Of a DNA stretch of 64,000 bases, positions 1 through 11,791 are shown piece by piece (position 1 is the stretch's first letter; the number at the start of each line of letters is the position of its first letter). Under the pieces are notes generated by a model. The model was not told where the DNA came from and did not search any database. It saw only the letters and a list, made by a program, of their open reading frames with translations. A program made the translations under genes and the position numbers. Source of the stretch: Octopus sinensis (Eukaryota); contig NC_043005.1 in assembly GCF_006345805.1 (NCBI RefSeq), positions 22,878,001-22,942,000 of the forward strand. Direction: 5' to 3'.

Positions 1-118
1 CCATCATGTTTCATTGTTGATTAAGAGAATAAAGAATTGTATATATGTTTAAACTTGCGTTTCGTTCCTGACTGGTAGTTTCTAGAAACAAAAAATGTCG
101 GGCTAAGAGATCCTTACA
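1..118 (+). mobile_element. 3' end of solo LTR (complete copy at 41566-42120)
   Basis: Identical to 42003-42120; contains AATAAA, ends ...CTTACA and is followed by GATC. Confidence 0.65.
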
Positions 119-239
119 GATCCTTAACCAAATTTTCAAGAAATTATGTCATCTTTAAAAAAAATGAAGAATACATTGGATAATGTATATTATGTCTGGA
201 AAAAAGACAAGAGGATGTGCTTAGAGTGCTTTTAACTAG

Positions 240-461
240 ATTTTGTTATTCTTTTTTTTAATACACACCGTTGGAGCTGCCCATTTTACTTATTCCACTT
301 TTTGGATGACTCCAATTTTCTCTAATCTGTCTAATTGTTCATTGATATGTTTTATTACAGCAAAAGGTTCCATTCTTTTAGGTTTGAACACTGGTACTGT
401 GTTTTCCTTAATTTGGAAATATGTCTCTATCTTAGAACACAAACCTAATTTATCTAACAAC
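240..461 (-). mobile_element. Ty3/Gypsy pol relic, start of RT region (right half of a fragment split by an RTE)
   Basis: Translates LDKLGLCSKIETYFQIKENTVPVFKPKRMEPFAVIKHINEQLDRLEKIGVIQKVE, then (shifted) WAAPTVCIKKKNNKI, the Gypsy pattern PVF.K.R.VP...L.RL...GVI..V...WAAP.V. Confidence 0.8.
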
Positions 462-3219
462 CTCGACCCAAAATATGGTGCAAAGTCCCCTCTTGACCCA
501 AAATATGGTGCAAAGTCCCCTCTCGGCCCAAAATAACGTTGTGGTGGAACAATGCTGTTGACAGGGCTATTAGACAAAAGAAACTGGCTTGGTAGGACTG
601 GAAGAACGGTGGTAGCAGGGAAGTGTATCAGACTGCCAGAAGGGAAGCTAGGAGGCAGGTTTATTTAGCCAGAGGGGAAGCAGATAAGAAAAAATTTGCC
701 AATGTTCTGCACCGTGAGGACCAAAGACTTGAGATATTTCGTGTTGCACGACAGTGTAAGAGAGAATCGTGATGTGGTAGGAGAGAAATGTGTTCGCATG
801 GATGATGGTTCACTTGCGCTAAATGAGGATGCAAAGAGAGAGGTTTGGAGACACCACTATGAAAGGTTGCTGAATAAAGAAAATGAATGGGAGAAAGAGA
901 TTCTGCCAAATGTTGACCTAACAGAGAGACCAGCTATCCGAGTTGACAGTACCTTGGTAGATAAGGCAATTAGAAGTATGAAGACAGGGAAAGCTCCCGG
1001 CCCATCAGGAATTACTGTAGAGATGCTCAAAATATCTGGCAGTGTTGGCTATAGCCTAGTCACCCGTATAGTTAACCAGGGGATACACGAAGGAGTCATA
1101 CCCAATGACTGGTGTAGCAGCATAATAGTCAACTGCTACAAAGGTAAAGGTGACGCTTTAGATACAAATAATTACAGAGGTATTAAGCTGTTGGATCAGG
1201 TAATGAAGGTCACTGAGAGGGTCATAGCCCAACTGATTAGGGAAAGAGTTAGCTTGGTTGAGATGCAGTTTGGTTTCATGCCAGGGAAAAGCACCACTGA
1301 TGCCATATTTCTGGTAAGACAGCTGCAGGAGAAATACCTAGCCAAAGATAAGCCTCTGTACCTGGTTTTCATTGACATGGAGAAAGCCTTTGACAGGGTC
1401 CCCCAATCCCTTATCTGGTGGTCAATGAGATAACTAGGGATAGATGAATAGTTAGTGAGAGCTGTGCAAGCCATGTACAGGGATGCTGTAAGTAAGGTGA
1501 TGGTTGGCAATGAGTACAGTGAAGAATTCAAGGTAGAGGTAGGGGTCCACCAAGGTTCAGTCCTCAGCCCCCCTCATATTTATTATAGTCCTCCAGGCAA
1601 TAATGGAGGAATTCAAGACAGGATGCCCCTGGGAGCTCCTCTATGCTGATGACCTTGCTCTAATTGCTGAGTCACTATCAGAACTAGAGAATTTTCAAGT
1701 GTGGAAACAAGGATTAGAATTGAAGGGCCTTAGAATCAACCTAGCTAAAACCAAAGTCCTAATAAGTAGAAAGGCAGACAAACCATAAATCCCTTCAGGT
1801 AGATGGCCCTGCTCAATCTGTAGTAGAGGCATAGATAGAAACTCTATAAGATGTACCAAGTGCAAGCTTTGGACACATAAGAGATGCAGTAATATCAAAG
1901 GAAGGCTAACTGGGAAGATAGTTTTTGTATGTGGCAGATGCTCGGGAGCAATAAACACTGATAATGTGCAGAGAACAACTTCAGCCACATTCCAGGGAGA
2001 AAAACTAGTAGTTGATAGCTTCCGTTACCTAGATGACCAAGTCAGTAGCGGAGGAGGGTGCGCTGAAAGTGTAGCTGCTAGAACAAGAATAGCCTGGGCA
2101 AAGTTCAGAGAGCTCTTACCTCTGCTGGTGACAAAGGGCCTCTCGCTCAGAGTAAAAGGTAGACTGTATGACGCTTGTGTACAAACAGCCATACTACATG
2201 GCAGTGAAACATGGGCTGTGACTGCTGAGGACATGCGTAAGCTCGCAAGGAATGAAGCCAGTATGATCCGATGGATGTGGAAAATCAGTGTGCATACTCA
2301 ACAGAGTGTAAGTACCTTGAGAGAAAAGTTGGACCTAAGAAGCATCAGATGTAGTGTGCAAGAGAGATGACTGCACTGGTATGGTCATGTGGTGAGAATG
2401 GAGGAGGATAGCTGTGTGAAAAAGTGCCACATCCTAGTGGTTGAGGGAACCTGTGGAAGCGGTAGACCCAGGAAGACCTGGGATGAAGTTTAGGCCTCAC
2501 CAAGGAAATGACTAGTGACCGAGACTTTTGAAAATATGCTGTGCTTGAGAAGACCTGGCAAGCCAAATGGGACCATAACCAGCTCACCTATGCATACCTT
2601 TTCCTTCTTTGGACACTAAACTCTGCTTACGAAGACCTGTTGAGGCAAATGAAATCAAAATCAAATTCAATGACTAGCAAAGTGCAAAGAGCACCATAGG
2701 AGTGTGATCGTTGTCAGAGAGGCTAACCAGCTTCCGTGCCAGTGACACATAAAAGGCACCATTCGAGTGTGATCATCACCAGCGTCGCTTTACAGGCATT
2801 TGTGCCTGTGCTAGTAGGGTGCCAAGAACACCATCCGAGCATGATCGTTGCCACAGAGCACCATCTGAAAGTGATCGTTGCCAGAGTGGCTAACTGGCTT
2901 CCGTGCCGGTGGCATGTAAAAGGGCACCATTCGAGCATGATCATTACCAGCGTCACCTTACTGGCACCTGTGACAGTGGCATGTGTAAAAAGATTTGAGC
3001 GAGGTCATTGCCAGTACAGCCTGACTGGCCCCCGTGCCGGTGGCACATAAAAAGCACCCACTACACTCTCGGAGTGGTTGGCATTAGGAAGGGCATCCAG
3101 CTGTAGAAACTCTGCCAGATCAAGATTGGAGCCTGGTGCAGCCATCCAGTTCGCCAGCCCTCAGTCAAAATCGTCCAACCCATGCTAGCATGGAAAGCGG
3201 ACGTTAAACGATGATGATG
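462..3219 (+). mobile_element. 5'-truncated, decayed RTE-clade LINE (RT, PHD-like insert, C-terminus, 3' UTR, (GAT)n tail)
   Basis: Motifs GKAPGPSG, NYRGIKLL, QFGFMPGKSTTDAIF, FIDMEKAFDRV, VGVHQGSVLSP, LLYADD, SFRYL, LHGSETW spread over several frames with stops; ends AAAGCGGACGTTAAACGATGATGATG. Confidence 0.95.
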
Positions 3220-3500
3220 ACTTAAGGAAAAGCATTTTAAAATTTTTTCTTCAATTCATCTGATACCTTATTCTTACTGGAGGAACAATCATTTATGTAA
3301 TTACAGAACAGATTTATAGAGAAGTCCCATAAATCAAGCAACTCCATTCAGTCAGCACCAAACGAGTTTGTTGCATTTTTTAACACAAACACTTTTGCAT
3401 TATAGGTTTTTTGCCTAAGAAGTGTAATCTTTCACCTGTGATGCCTCGCAAACTTTTCAATGTTTACTATAATGTAAGTTTCCCAATTTTCCGAGTTTGG
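3220..3500 (-). mobile_element. Ty3/Gypsy pol relic, protease-to-RT linker (left half of the split fragment)
   Basis: Reverse strand reads RGITGERLHFLG..KVFVLKNATNSFGAD*MELLDLWDFSINLFC..ELKKKF*NAFP*V, continuing in frame into LLDKLGLC at 461. Confidence 0.7.
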
Positions 3501-3609
3501 CTAGTCCATTCTCACAGGGGTGTCATGATTCTTGCCATAACATCATCATACCCAGAAAAATAAAACTAGGATTTTTCATAATAATAATAATAATTATAAT
3601 AATAATAAT

Positions 3610-3826
3610 AATGGTTTCAAATTTTGCCACAAGAGCAGCAATCTTGTAGGAGGGGATAAGTCAATTACATCAATTCCAGTGTTTCATTGGTACTTAATTT
3701 ATTGACTCCGAAAGGAGGAAAGGCAAAGTCGACCTAGGTGGAATTTGAACAGAGAACATAGTGACAGGCGAAATACCACTAAGCATTTTGTCCAGCATGC
3801 TAATGATTCTGCCAGCTCACTGCTTT
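3610..3826 (-). mobile_element. Abundant ~200-bp SINE family (core GGTCGACTTTGCCTTTCATCCTTTCGGGGTCGATAAA..GTACCA)
   Basis: Same core recurs at about 8180-8380, 16645-16852, 19810-19980, 33160-34340, 35553-35787 and 38350-38590; flanked by (AAT)n; core resembles the Meta-SINE domain (from memory). Confidence 0.75.
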
Positions 3827-4044
3827 AATAATAATAATAATAATAATTCTTTCTACTATAAACACAATGCCTGAAATTTGTAGGAAGGTGCCATTCAACT
3901 ACAGGCAAAATGTCGCTGCGTATTTCATTTGTCTTTATGTTAGTATAACTGTTAATGACTCTGCCAGATTACACTGTATTGTTGCTGTTGAGTGTAGCGG
4001 TCTTCCTCCCAGAGCTCACAAGATCGCACCTCTGTAGTGGGAGA

Positions 4045-4370
4045 AGTCCAAAATGTGGTCCTTTGCTATTTGTAAGACCCGCAGAAGAGAAAGCAGGTCA
4101 ACCCCCAACACCAAGAGCATTGACAGATGGATGAATGCGCATCAAGGCTCAGCGGTTGTGTAGGAAGTCGGGGACAAGAAACAGGGAGAAAGAGTGAGAG
4201 AAAGTTCGGGCGAAAGAATATAACAGGGGCGCCACCACCCCCTGCCGTAGCCTCGTGGAGCTTTAGGTGTTTTCGCTCAACAAACACACATAACGCTCGG
4301 TCTGGGAATTGAAACCGCGATCATCCGACCACAAGTCCGCTGCCCTAACCATTGGGCCATTGCACCTCCA
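4045..4370 (-). mobile_element. tRNA-derived SINE
   Basis: Reverse strand starts TGGAGGTGCAATGGCCCAATGGTTAGGGCAGCGGAC with B-box-like GGTTTCAATTCC; same head as 21279-21569 and 53846-54148. Confidence 0.75.
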
Positions 4371-4470
4371 TGCTGTTGTTGTTGTTGGTGGTTTCTGATT
4401 TTGGCACAAAACCTTAAGTTCGGGGAAGACGGTTAGTTGATATTATTGACCTAAGTAATTGATTGGTGCC

Positions 4471-4720
4471 CATGGGCATATGGCATAGTGGTTAAGAGCA
4501 TGGGATACTAACCTCAAGATTCCAAGTTCAATTCCAGGCAGTGACCTGAATAATAATAATAATAATAATAACAACAACAACAACATCAAAAAAATACCTT
4601 AGGAATGAGAACCCAAGTTTGAAATTTCCCCAAGATACCTGATGAACAAATAAGATGAGGACAAATATCCGTCAAAGGTAAATAATGTACATAATTCCTC
4701 ATCTCTTAAATATAGAATTG
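4471..4720 (+). mobile_element. tRNA-headed repeat with (AAT)n/(AAC)n spacer and a hammerhead-core-bearing tail
   Basis: A-box-like TGGCATAGTGG, B-box-like AGTTCAATTCC, then CTGATGA at 4639-4645 and a tail shared with 37871-37955. Confidence 0.6.
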
Positions 4721-5580
4721 ACTGAAGCTTATTCAATGACCCCTGAGAGATAGAGGCAAAGTTGACTTCAGTGGGAATCGAACTCAGAATGCTACAAGAC
4801 ACTCTAATGAATCAGCCAGCTCATCATCAGTTTTTTCATGCTTGACAAGTATGATGCTTTCATTGAGGCAGATTTTCTAGTTCTGGATGTTTCCCTTGTC
4901 ACTAACTTCCACCTGATTCTAAGCACCTGATTCTTAATATTTTTCCTTGGTTAGACATGTTTTCATGGAAGATTGATGGTGACACTTGTTTACAACTACC
5001 ATGCAATGTCAAGACAAAGAAACACACAAACACACACCTTTTCTCACATCTTTCAGCAATATACAGTAATCTGTTGTTAAGGCTAATGTACAATCCAGTT
5101 TAACATTATTACCAGTTTTTAGGTGCCTTTCAAAGAATTCTTTTTGTTACAAGTGTTCATATCAGATCCATGAATTCCGTCAGCACCTGTCTTTAGAGTG
5201 GCTTTTTTTTTTTTCTAGAAACATTAACCTGCAGTATTCAAAATAACATCAGTCACATTTGTTTTGACATCCTGAAAGTGTAGTTTGCAGAGGTCAAGCC
5301 CACTGCAGCTTCTCATTTCTTCTTCTTCCCCATTGTCATCATCGTCACCATCATCACTATCATAGATCAGACAGAATTCACTGAGACAGCTTTTCTACAA
5401 TTTCATGTCCTTCCTGTCACCAAGTCCCACTTGTTTCCAAGCAAGATAATATTTTCCCATGCCCAGATATGTTTTTCATGGAATGTTAACTTTTACTGGT
5501 ACAATAGTGATACTCGTTTACAACTCTCGCACAATGTTGAGACAAGGAGGCACAAACACATACACATTTATACATACATA

Positions 5581-6405
5581 TGAGGTGGGATCAAAAAGTT
5601 CCCAGGTTAGTTATGGCTAATAATCATCTCCTTCAAAACAGCCACCTTACACTGGTCTCAGTGTTCCTGCCAATTTTGGAATCCAGCCTGGAAGTCGTTT
5701 TCTGTAAGCTAGTCGAGGACCTTCTGTGATTTGCTCTGGATCTCAACAACAGTATTAAAACAGTAACCTTTGAGCTACATTTTCATCTTGGAGAAGAGAT
5801 GGAAGTCCACAGGTGCTAAATCTGGCAAATAAGGTGGGTGCAAAAGCAATACCAAGGTGTTTCAGGCAAAGAACTCATGAGTGAGAAGGGCTCAGTAACA
5901 GGGTGCATTATCATCATGTAGAATCCAATTCTTCGCTCTCCACAGATCTGGTCACTTTCACTGAATGTCTTCTCTCAAACACTTCAAAACCTCTCAGTAG
6001 AACTCTCAATGTGATGGTCTAGCCCTGGGGAACAAATTCCCGATGCACAATACTACAGGTGTTGAAAAAAACGTCCAGGGACATTCTTCTGCTTTTGAAG
6101 TGCCTATACCACTTGAAACATTGTGTATGACCCATTGACAAAGTATGTTCGATGTTTCAGTAGCAGAGTTCCCAAGTTTAATGCAAAATTTCATGTTGGC
6201 TCTTTGTTCCAACTTCCTGTCCAAGACAAAAATTGAAGACTACAGCATACGTATGATAACAGAAACTTGCAAAGTAAACACAGCGATGTCACTTGGCACA
6301 TTGCCTCATGAAGGTCACTACTAACTCTCACTATGCACACAACCATGCACTGCCATCTGTTGGTGCAATACAGATCTAATCCAGGAACTTTTTGATACCA
6401 CCTCA
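5581..6405 (-). mobile_element. Internally deleted mariner with both TIRs
   Basis: TA|TGAGGTGGGATCAAAAAGTTCC ... GGAACTTTTTGATACCACCTCA|TA; residual peptides EQRANMKFCIKLGNSATET, WILHDDNAP, HPPYLPDLAPVDFHLF. Confidence 0.9.
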
Positions 6406-6628
6406 TATATATAAAGATGTGTGTGAGACAGGCTTCTTTCAGCAAATGCTAATTCCATTCACAAGGCTTTCATCAAGAGTTATTGTAGAAGATACTTGCC
6501 TAAATTGTCACACAAAAGAACTGAACCTGGAACCACATGATTGAGAAACAAACTTCTTAACCACACTGCCAGGTTTGCACAGCCACTACCTTACAAAAAT
6601 AAACACTAACAGTTAAATTGCAGAATAT

Positions 6629-6743
<115 letters not shown>

Positions 6744-7064
6744 CTCTTTTCTCTCTTTCATCTTTCTCTCTCATTCATATATTGACAAAAAAAGTAACCA
6801 AACAAATTTTATATATTAGAAAAAGGAATTATTTTATTTGATTTTATTTTCCTTAAATATAAAAAATGTTGTTTTAATTTTTAATAGCATTATATGAATA
6901 TGATTAATATAAAATGTAACATGGAAATATCCTTGGTATGAAAGCAGTTTTACTTTAGTTTGTTTGATTTTTTCCCCCATTTAAGTATGTTTTTTCTTTA
7001 TCTTTTTTTCAAATCTCCTTTTCATCAGCCTACCCCATCCAATACACGAATATCAGATACAACA

Positions 7065-7202
7065 TCATATAGAGTAACTCCCAAAGAATCCTTTCATTTG
7101 TGTGTCAGCATCTAACAATGGATTTCTTTCTTCCATTTGCAATTTGGTCAGACCATATTCCTTGATATCTTCAAATATTTTAATGAAAAACAGTAAGAGG
7201 CC
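7065..7202 (-). CDS. SLC18B1: SLC18B1-like MFS transporter, last coding exon (copy 1)
   Basis: Acceptor ttttaag| then GLLLFFIKIFEDIKEYGLTKLQMEERNPLLDADTQMKGFFGSYSI*; phase 0 matches the previous exon; acidic dileucine motif EERNPLL. Confidence 0.8.
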   Translation of the reverse strand, partial: GLLLFFIKIFEDIKEYGLTKLQMEERNPLLDADTQMKGFFGSYSI

Positions 7203-8495
7203 CTTAAAAGAGAAATAAAGAGGGTAACATCAATATCACCATCCTAAGCATTATAATCATGTTAATCATCATCATCATTGTCATCTCCATCATCATTATC
7301 ATCTTCATCATCCATTCTTTCCACTAATCCAATAAGCCATTAGAAAATATAAAGATCTCAAAATCAAACTGCTTAACATTTTATAGTTGGGTAATTTCTC
7401 ACACATTCACATGCACACACAAGTAGTGCACGTATAGAAACAATTACATACACATATCAAAAAAATATAGGCTTTGAAATAACTTCTATCATTTTTATAA
7501 AAGCTCAAGTTTGTAAAAGACACTATATTCAAGTGAACATCACATTTTTTAACTCATTTATTTTATCATCTTCAAAGTAACCAATGGGTTTGGAACTCAG
7601 AATTTCAAAGGGCACAACTAGTTTCCTCCTCTAACTGCCTTCCCTTGATAAGGATTTTTAACTAACATCAATACACGGTCAATATTTAGGGTGGTAGACC
7701 TAATCTCTTATCCAATTAAATGCTACCATAAGCAGCCCTTTCTTTTCCTCATCAGTTCCTGCAAAAAAAAAAATACAGGAGTTGCTCTTCCTTCTTTCAC
7801 TGAGCCATTGAAAAAGAGTCAATTAGATTGACTCCAGTATATCACTAATACATATATTACTATCCTTAGGAGAGGAATGTAGTAGTTAACTTCACCCTAA
7901 GAGATGAAGCTAACCACTGCAGTTCATAAAAGGACATAATTAAGTACTGTAAGATATTTAACATAGCATTCTACAGTTTGTGCCATTCATTGTGCCCACT
8001 AATAAATAGTGGTTTCTATCATAGCCTCACAGCTACAAAATTTGGGAGACAGTTGATTGCATCAATCCTAGTGTCCCTGGAAGGATGAAAACAAAGTCAA
8101 CTTCAACAGGATTTGAACTCAGAATGTAACAAAGTATTTTGTAATTTTGTATGATTCACTAATAATTTTATGATAATAATTCTTTTCGCCAGAGATTTTA
8201 AGGGAGGGACCAAGTCAATTACATCGACCCCAGTGTTCAACTGGTACATATTTTATCAACCATGAAAGGGTGAAAGGCAAAGTCAACCTTGACAGCATCT
8301 GAACTCAAAACAAAGCCAGAAAAAATGTTAGTGAGCATTTTTCCCAGTGTGTTAATGATTCTGCCAGCTTGCTGCCTTAATAATAATAATAATAATAATA
8401 ATAATGGCTGTGATGATGACGATAACAACAATGACATCCAGTTTGTGCACTACAGGCCAACAGACCAGATATTGTTGTAAAAAAAATCAAATTAT

Positions 8496-9150
8496 CTAGG
8501 GATAACTGAGGAAACCCATGGCCCAAAATCTTGCTGAACACCTAAGGCAAGTGACCTCTCCAATTCTTTTTCTCTGACACAGGTCTACACTTAGAGTGGT
8601 ACCATCTACTCTTACCATTTTTGCAACTTTCATCCACCTTTCAATGAATTCACTCGAGGACAGAACCTTCCTCTTCACCCTCAAGTTTCACTTGCAAAAG
8701 TCAATGAGAACTCTACCAAAGATGAATGTTTCTGTACTCATGCCTTTCAATCTTGTCCACTATACAACCTCTTTTGCCACAGTCACCAGGCAAAGGAAAA
8801 CTAGTCAAGCAGTAACTGGGTCAGGTGAAAAATGATAATGGAGGCAATGTAGACATTTACTACTTCTGCCTGATTTTTCAAGGACAGCTTCCTTTGTCCA
8901 TTTCTTGGTAAGACTGGCAACAGTGTTAGTCACCTCGTCCAAGTTCATATCCACCTTGAGATTAAAAACCAAACCAGACACTCGAGCAGTTTAACTGATC
9001 CATCAGTCGACAATGCCATCCGATGGCATTGACCTACCTCTCCAGGTGCCCAATTGCCAGCCCAACAACTTGTTGGTGTTGATTTTGGTCCCTGCTACTG
9101 ACTCATATTCCTTTAGAATGGAGCTGACCATCTCCAATTCTGTTAGACTA
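8496..9150 (-). mobile_element. Tx1/L1-like LINE ORF2 fragments (late RT and C-terminal end, internally deleted)
   Basis: Reverse strand ELEMVSSILKEYESVAGTKINTNK (late RT pattern) and RVKRKVLSSSEFIERW near the end. Confidence 0.55.
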
Positions 9151-9497
9151 CCACAATCATCATCATTATTGTCAGCACCATCATCATTGCCACTACCACT
9201 ACCATCATCATCATCATTTAATGTCCATGTTCTATACCGATGTAAGTTGGACAGTTTAACAGGACCTGATGGTCCTAAGGACTACATCATGCTCCAGTGT
9301 CTGCTTTGGCATGGTTTCCACAACTGGATGTCCTTCCTAATGCCAACCCTTTCACACCATATACTGGGTATTTTTACGTGTCACCTGCACTAGTTGGGCT
9401 GCTATGCAGTTGGCAAGAAGACAAACCCTGATGAGGCAACTTTATTCTAGGAGATGAGGGGTAAAAGTATGAGAGAAGGGCCAGAGCAGAACAAGTT

Positions 9498-9540
<43 letters not shown>

Positions 9541-9544
9541 TATG

Positions 9545-10517
9545 TGTGTGTAGATATCAAATTGTTGGATGAGGTAATGAAAGTTATGTTGGAGGTTATA
9601 GCCCAATTAATGAAGGAGAGAGTTAGTATAGATGAGATGCAGTTGGGTTTTGTGCCAGGGAGAAGCACCACTGATACTATATTTCTGGTAAGGTAGCCAA
9701 AGATAAACCTCTGTACTTGGCTTATCTGGTGATCAATGCAGAAACTAGGGACAGACAAGTGGTTGGTGAGAGCTGTACAAACCATGTGCAGGGATTCTAT
9801 CAGTAAGGTGAGGGTTGGCAATGAGTACAGTGAAGAATTCAGGGTACATGTAGGCGTCCATCAAGGATCAGTCCTCAGACACCTCTTGTTTGTCATAGTC
9901 CTCCAAGCAATAACAGACATATTTAAGACAGACTGCACCTGGGAGCTCCTCTATGCTGATGACCTTGTTCTTATAACTGAATCACTATCAGAACTAGGGA
10001 AGAAGTTTCAGGTATGGAAGCAAGGTCTAGAATTGAAGGACTTTAGAGTTAACCTAGCAAAAATCAAAGTTGTGGTAAGTAGGAAGGCAGACAAATCACA
10101 AATCCCTTCAGGTAGATGGCCTTGCTCGATCTGTAGAAAAGGTGTAGGTAGAAACTCTATAAGATGTACCCGGTGTAAGCTATGGACACACATGAGGTGC
10201 AGCAATAGCAGACGAAGGTTAACAGGGAAAATAGTTATTGTGTGTGGAAGATGCACAGGTACTATAAACGTCAAAATGTACAGAAAATAGACTCCATCAA
10301 CTGCCAGTGGGGTAAGCTGTAGGTAGTAGATAGCTTCTGTTATCTAGGTAACCAAGTTAGTAGTGGACATGGATGCTCCAAGAGTGTATCTGTGACAATA
10401 GGATTAGGCTGAGTAAAGTTCAGAGAGCTCCTACCTCTGCTGGCAACAAAGGGCCTCTCCCTCAGAATGAAAGGCAGATTGTATGATTCCTGTGTGTGAA
10501 CAGATATGCTCTATGGC
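9545..10517 (+). mobile_element. Second decayed RTE LINE fragment (RT plus PHD-like insert) in the last intron
   Basis: IKLLDEVMKV, QLGFVPGRSTTDTIF, VGVHQGSVL, LLYADD, WPCSICRKG..; same family as 462-3219. Confidence 0.92.
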
Positions 10518-10590
10518 ACATCCAACAGGTTATAGTAAAAAGAAAAACAAATGAGAAATTAAATGCCTGTATTATTAAACCAATACTCAC

Positions 10591-10684
10591 AGCAGAAAAA
10601 CACCCGATGGCCATGTAAGTTGTACACCACTGGAAGCCAACACTGTCCATAAGAAATCCACTTAAAGATGGTCCAACGAATTCA
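10591..10684 (-). CDS. SLC18B1: SLC18B1-like exon (copy 1)
   Basis: tctttcag| (G)EFVGPSLSGFLMDSVGFQWCTTYMAIGCFSA |gtgagt; 94 nt, phase-compatible on both sides. Confidence 0.88.
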
Positions 10685-11716
10685 CTGAAAGAACAAAATT
10701 ACTAATAGGTGAGAATTATGTATGCAGGTCAATTGAAAATGAATCTCTTCCATATAATCATGTAAACCAATATTACTAGCTTTATTGTGAAGCAGTCAGC
10801 AAGTAAACCAACAACAGCCAAAGAGTCTCACTTAGGTATGTGAATGGCAGAGGGAGAATATTAGCTCGATGGCTAATATTATTTAACCTATTTTGACAAG
10901 TATGGAGACAACTTCTGACATATTTCAATCTTATTAAACCTCTTCAGGAAAGTATAGTCCTCAGTGAACTTGCAAAAGTAGTAGTGAGGGATCAACATCA
11001 TCATCATCATCATTCCCTTTTCTATGCTTGCATCAGTCAGATGAAATTTGTTGAAGCAGAGTTTCTACAGTTAGATGCCCTTCCTGTCACCAACTCTCAC
11101 CTGTTTCCAAGCAAAATCATATTTCCCCTTTGCCAGACACATGTGTCATGCAAGACCAGAAATGAACAGCACCAGTCATATGACAGTGATGCAGGTTAAT
11201 AATCAGCACATGATATCAAGACAAGATTACACACATACACACACACTGCATATATGTATACACAGCTGATTTTTTTCTGATGTGTGCTCCAATATCTGCT
11301 TTGGCATGGTTTCTATGGCTGAATGCCCATCCTAACACTAACCACTTTACAGCATACACTGGGTGCTTTTTTGTGCCACCAGCATTAATGAGGTTGCCAT
11401 GCAGTTCACAGGGCTAGGGGACAAGGGAGTTAATATGAGAGTGGGGTAGAGCAGGATCCTGCAGAGGGATCTTCTTTTTCTACCTTCAGTGTTTCTGTTC
11501 AGGGTTTACGCTGGTTGTATATTTACTACAATGATACTGATCAAACCACAATTTACTGATACTTAATTTTTTTTTATACCATATCACATCAGATTCTTCT
11601 TGTATGGAAAAACATATCATAGCAGTGAAATCAATGTCAATATATATATAAACTATACTTAAATATAGAATAACATAACAGATCAATATGGTAAATGAAT
11701 CAATCCAACAACCTAC

Positions 11717-11791
11717 CCGAATGCATACATTGATCCCCAAATACCAGATACTAATCCATATGTACTGGAACATTTTTGTAGTCCTGCTTCT
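11717..11791 (-). CDS. SLC18B1: SLC18B1-like exon (copy 1)
   Basis: ttgttatag| (I)EAGLQKCSSTYGLVSGIWGSMYAF(G) |gtaggt; 75 nt; matches the family pattern STxGLVSGx. Confidence 0.88.

Noticed and set aside
462-535. 30-bp direct repeats as a CRISPR-like array
   Set aside because: Contiguous tandem units without spacers, in eukaryotic DNA, at a LINE 5' junction
6833-6848. AATAAA poly(A) signals of the transporter on the minus strand
   Set aside because: Plausible position about 220 bp after the stop, but the hexamer is too common in this AT-rich DNA to call
9013-9393. 126-aa plus-strand ORF
   Set aside because: Spans the antisense of a Tx1-like fragment, a (CAT)n run and an RTE-tail element
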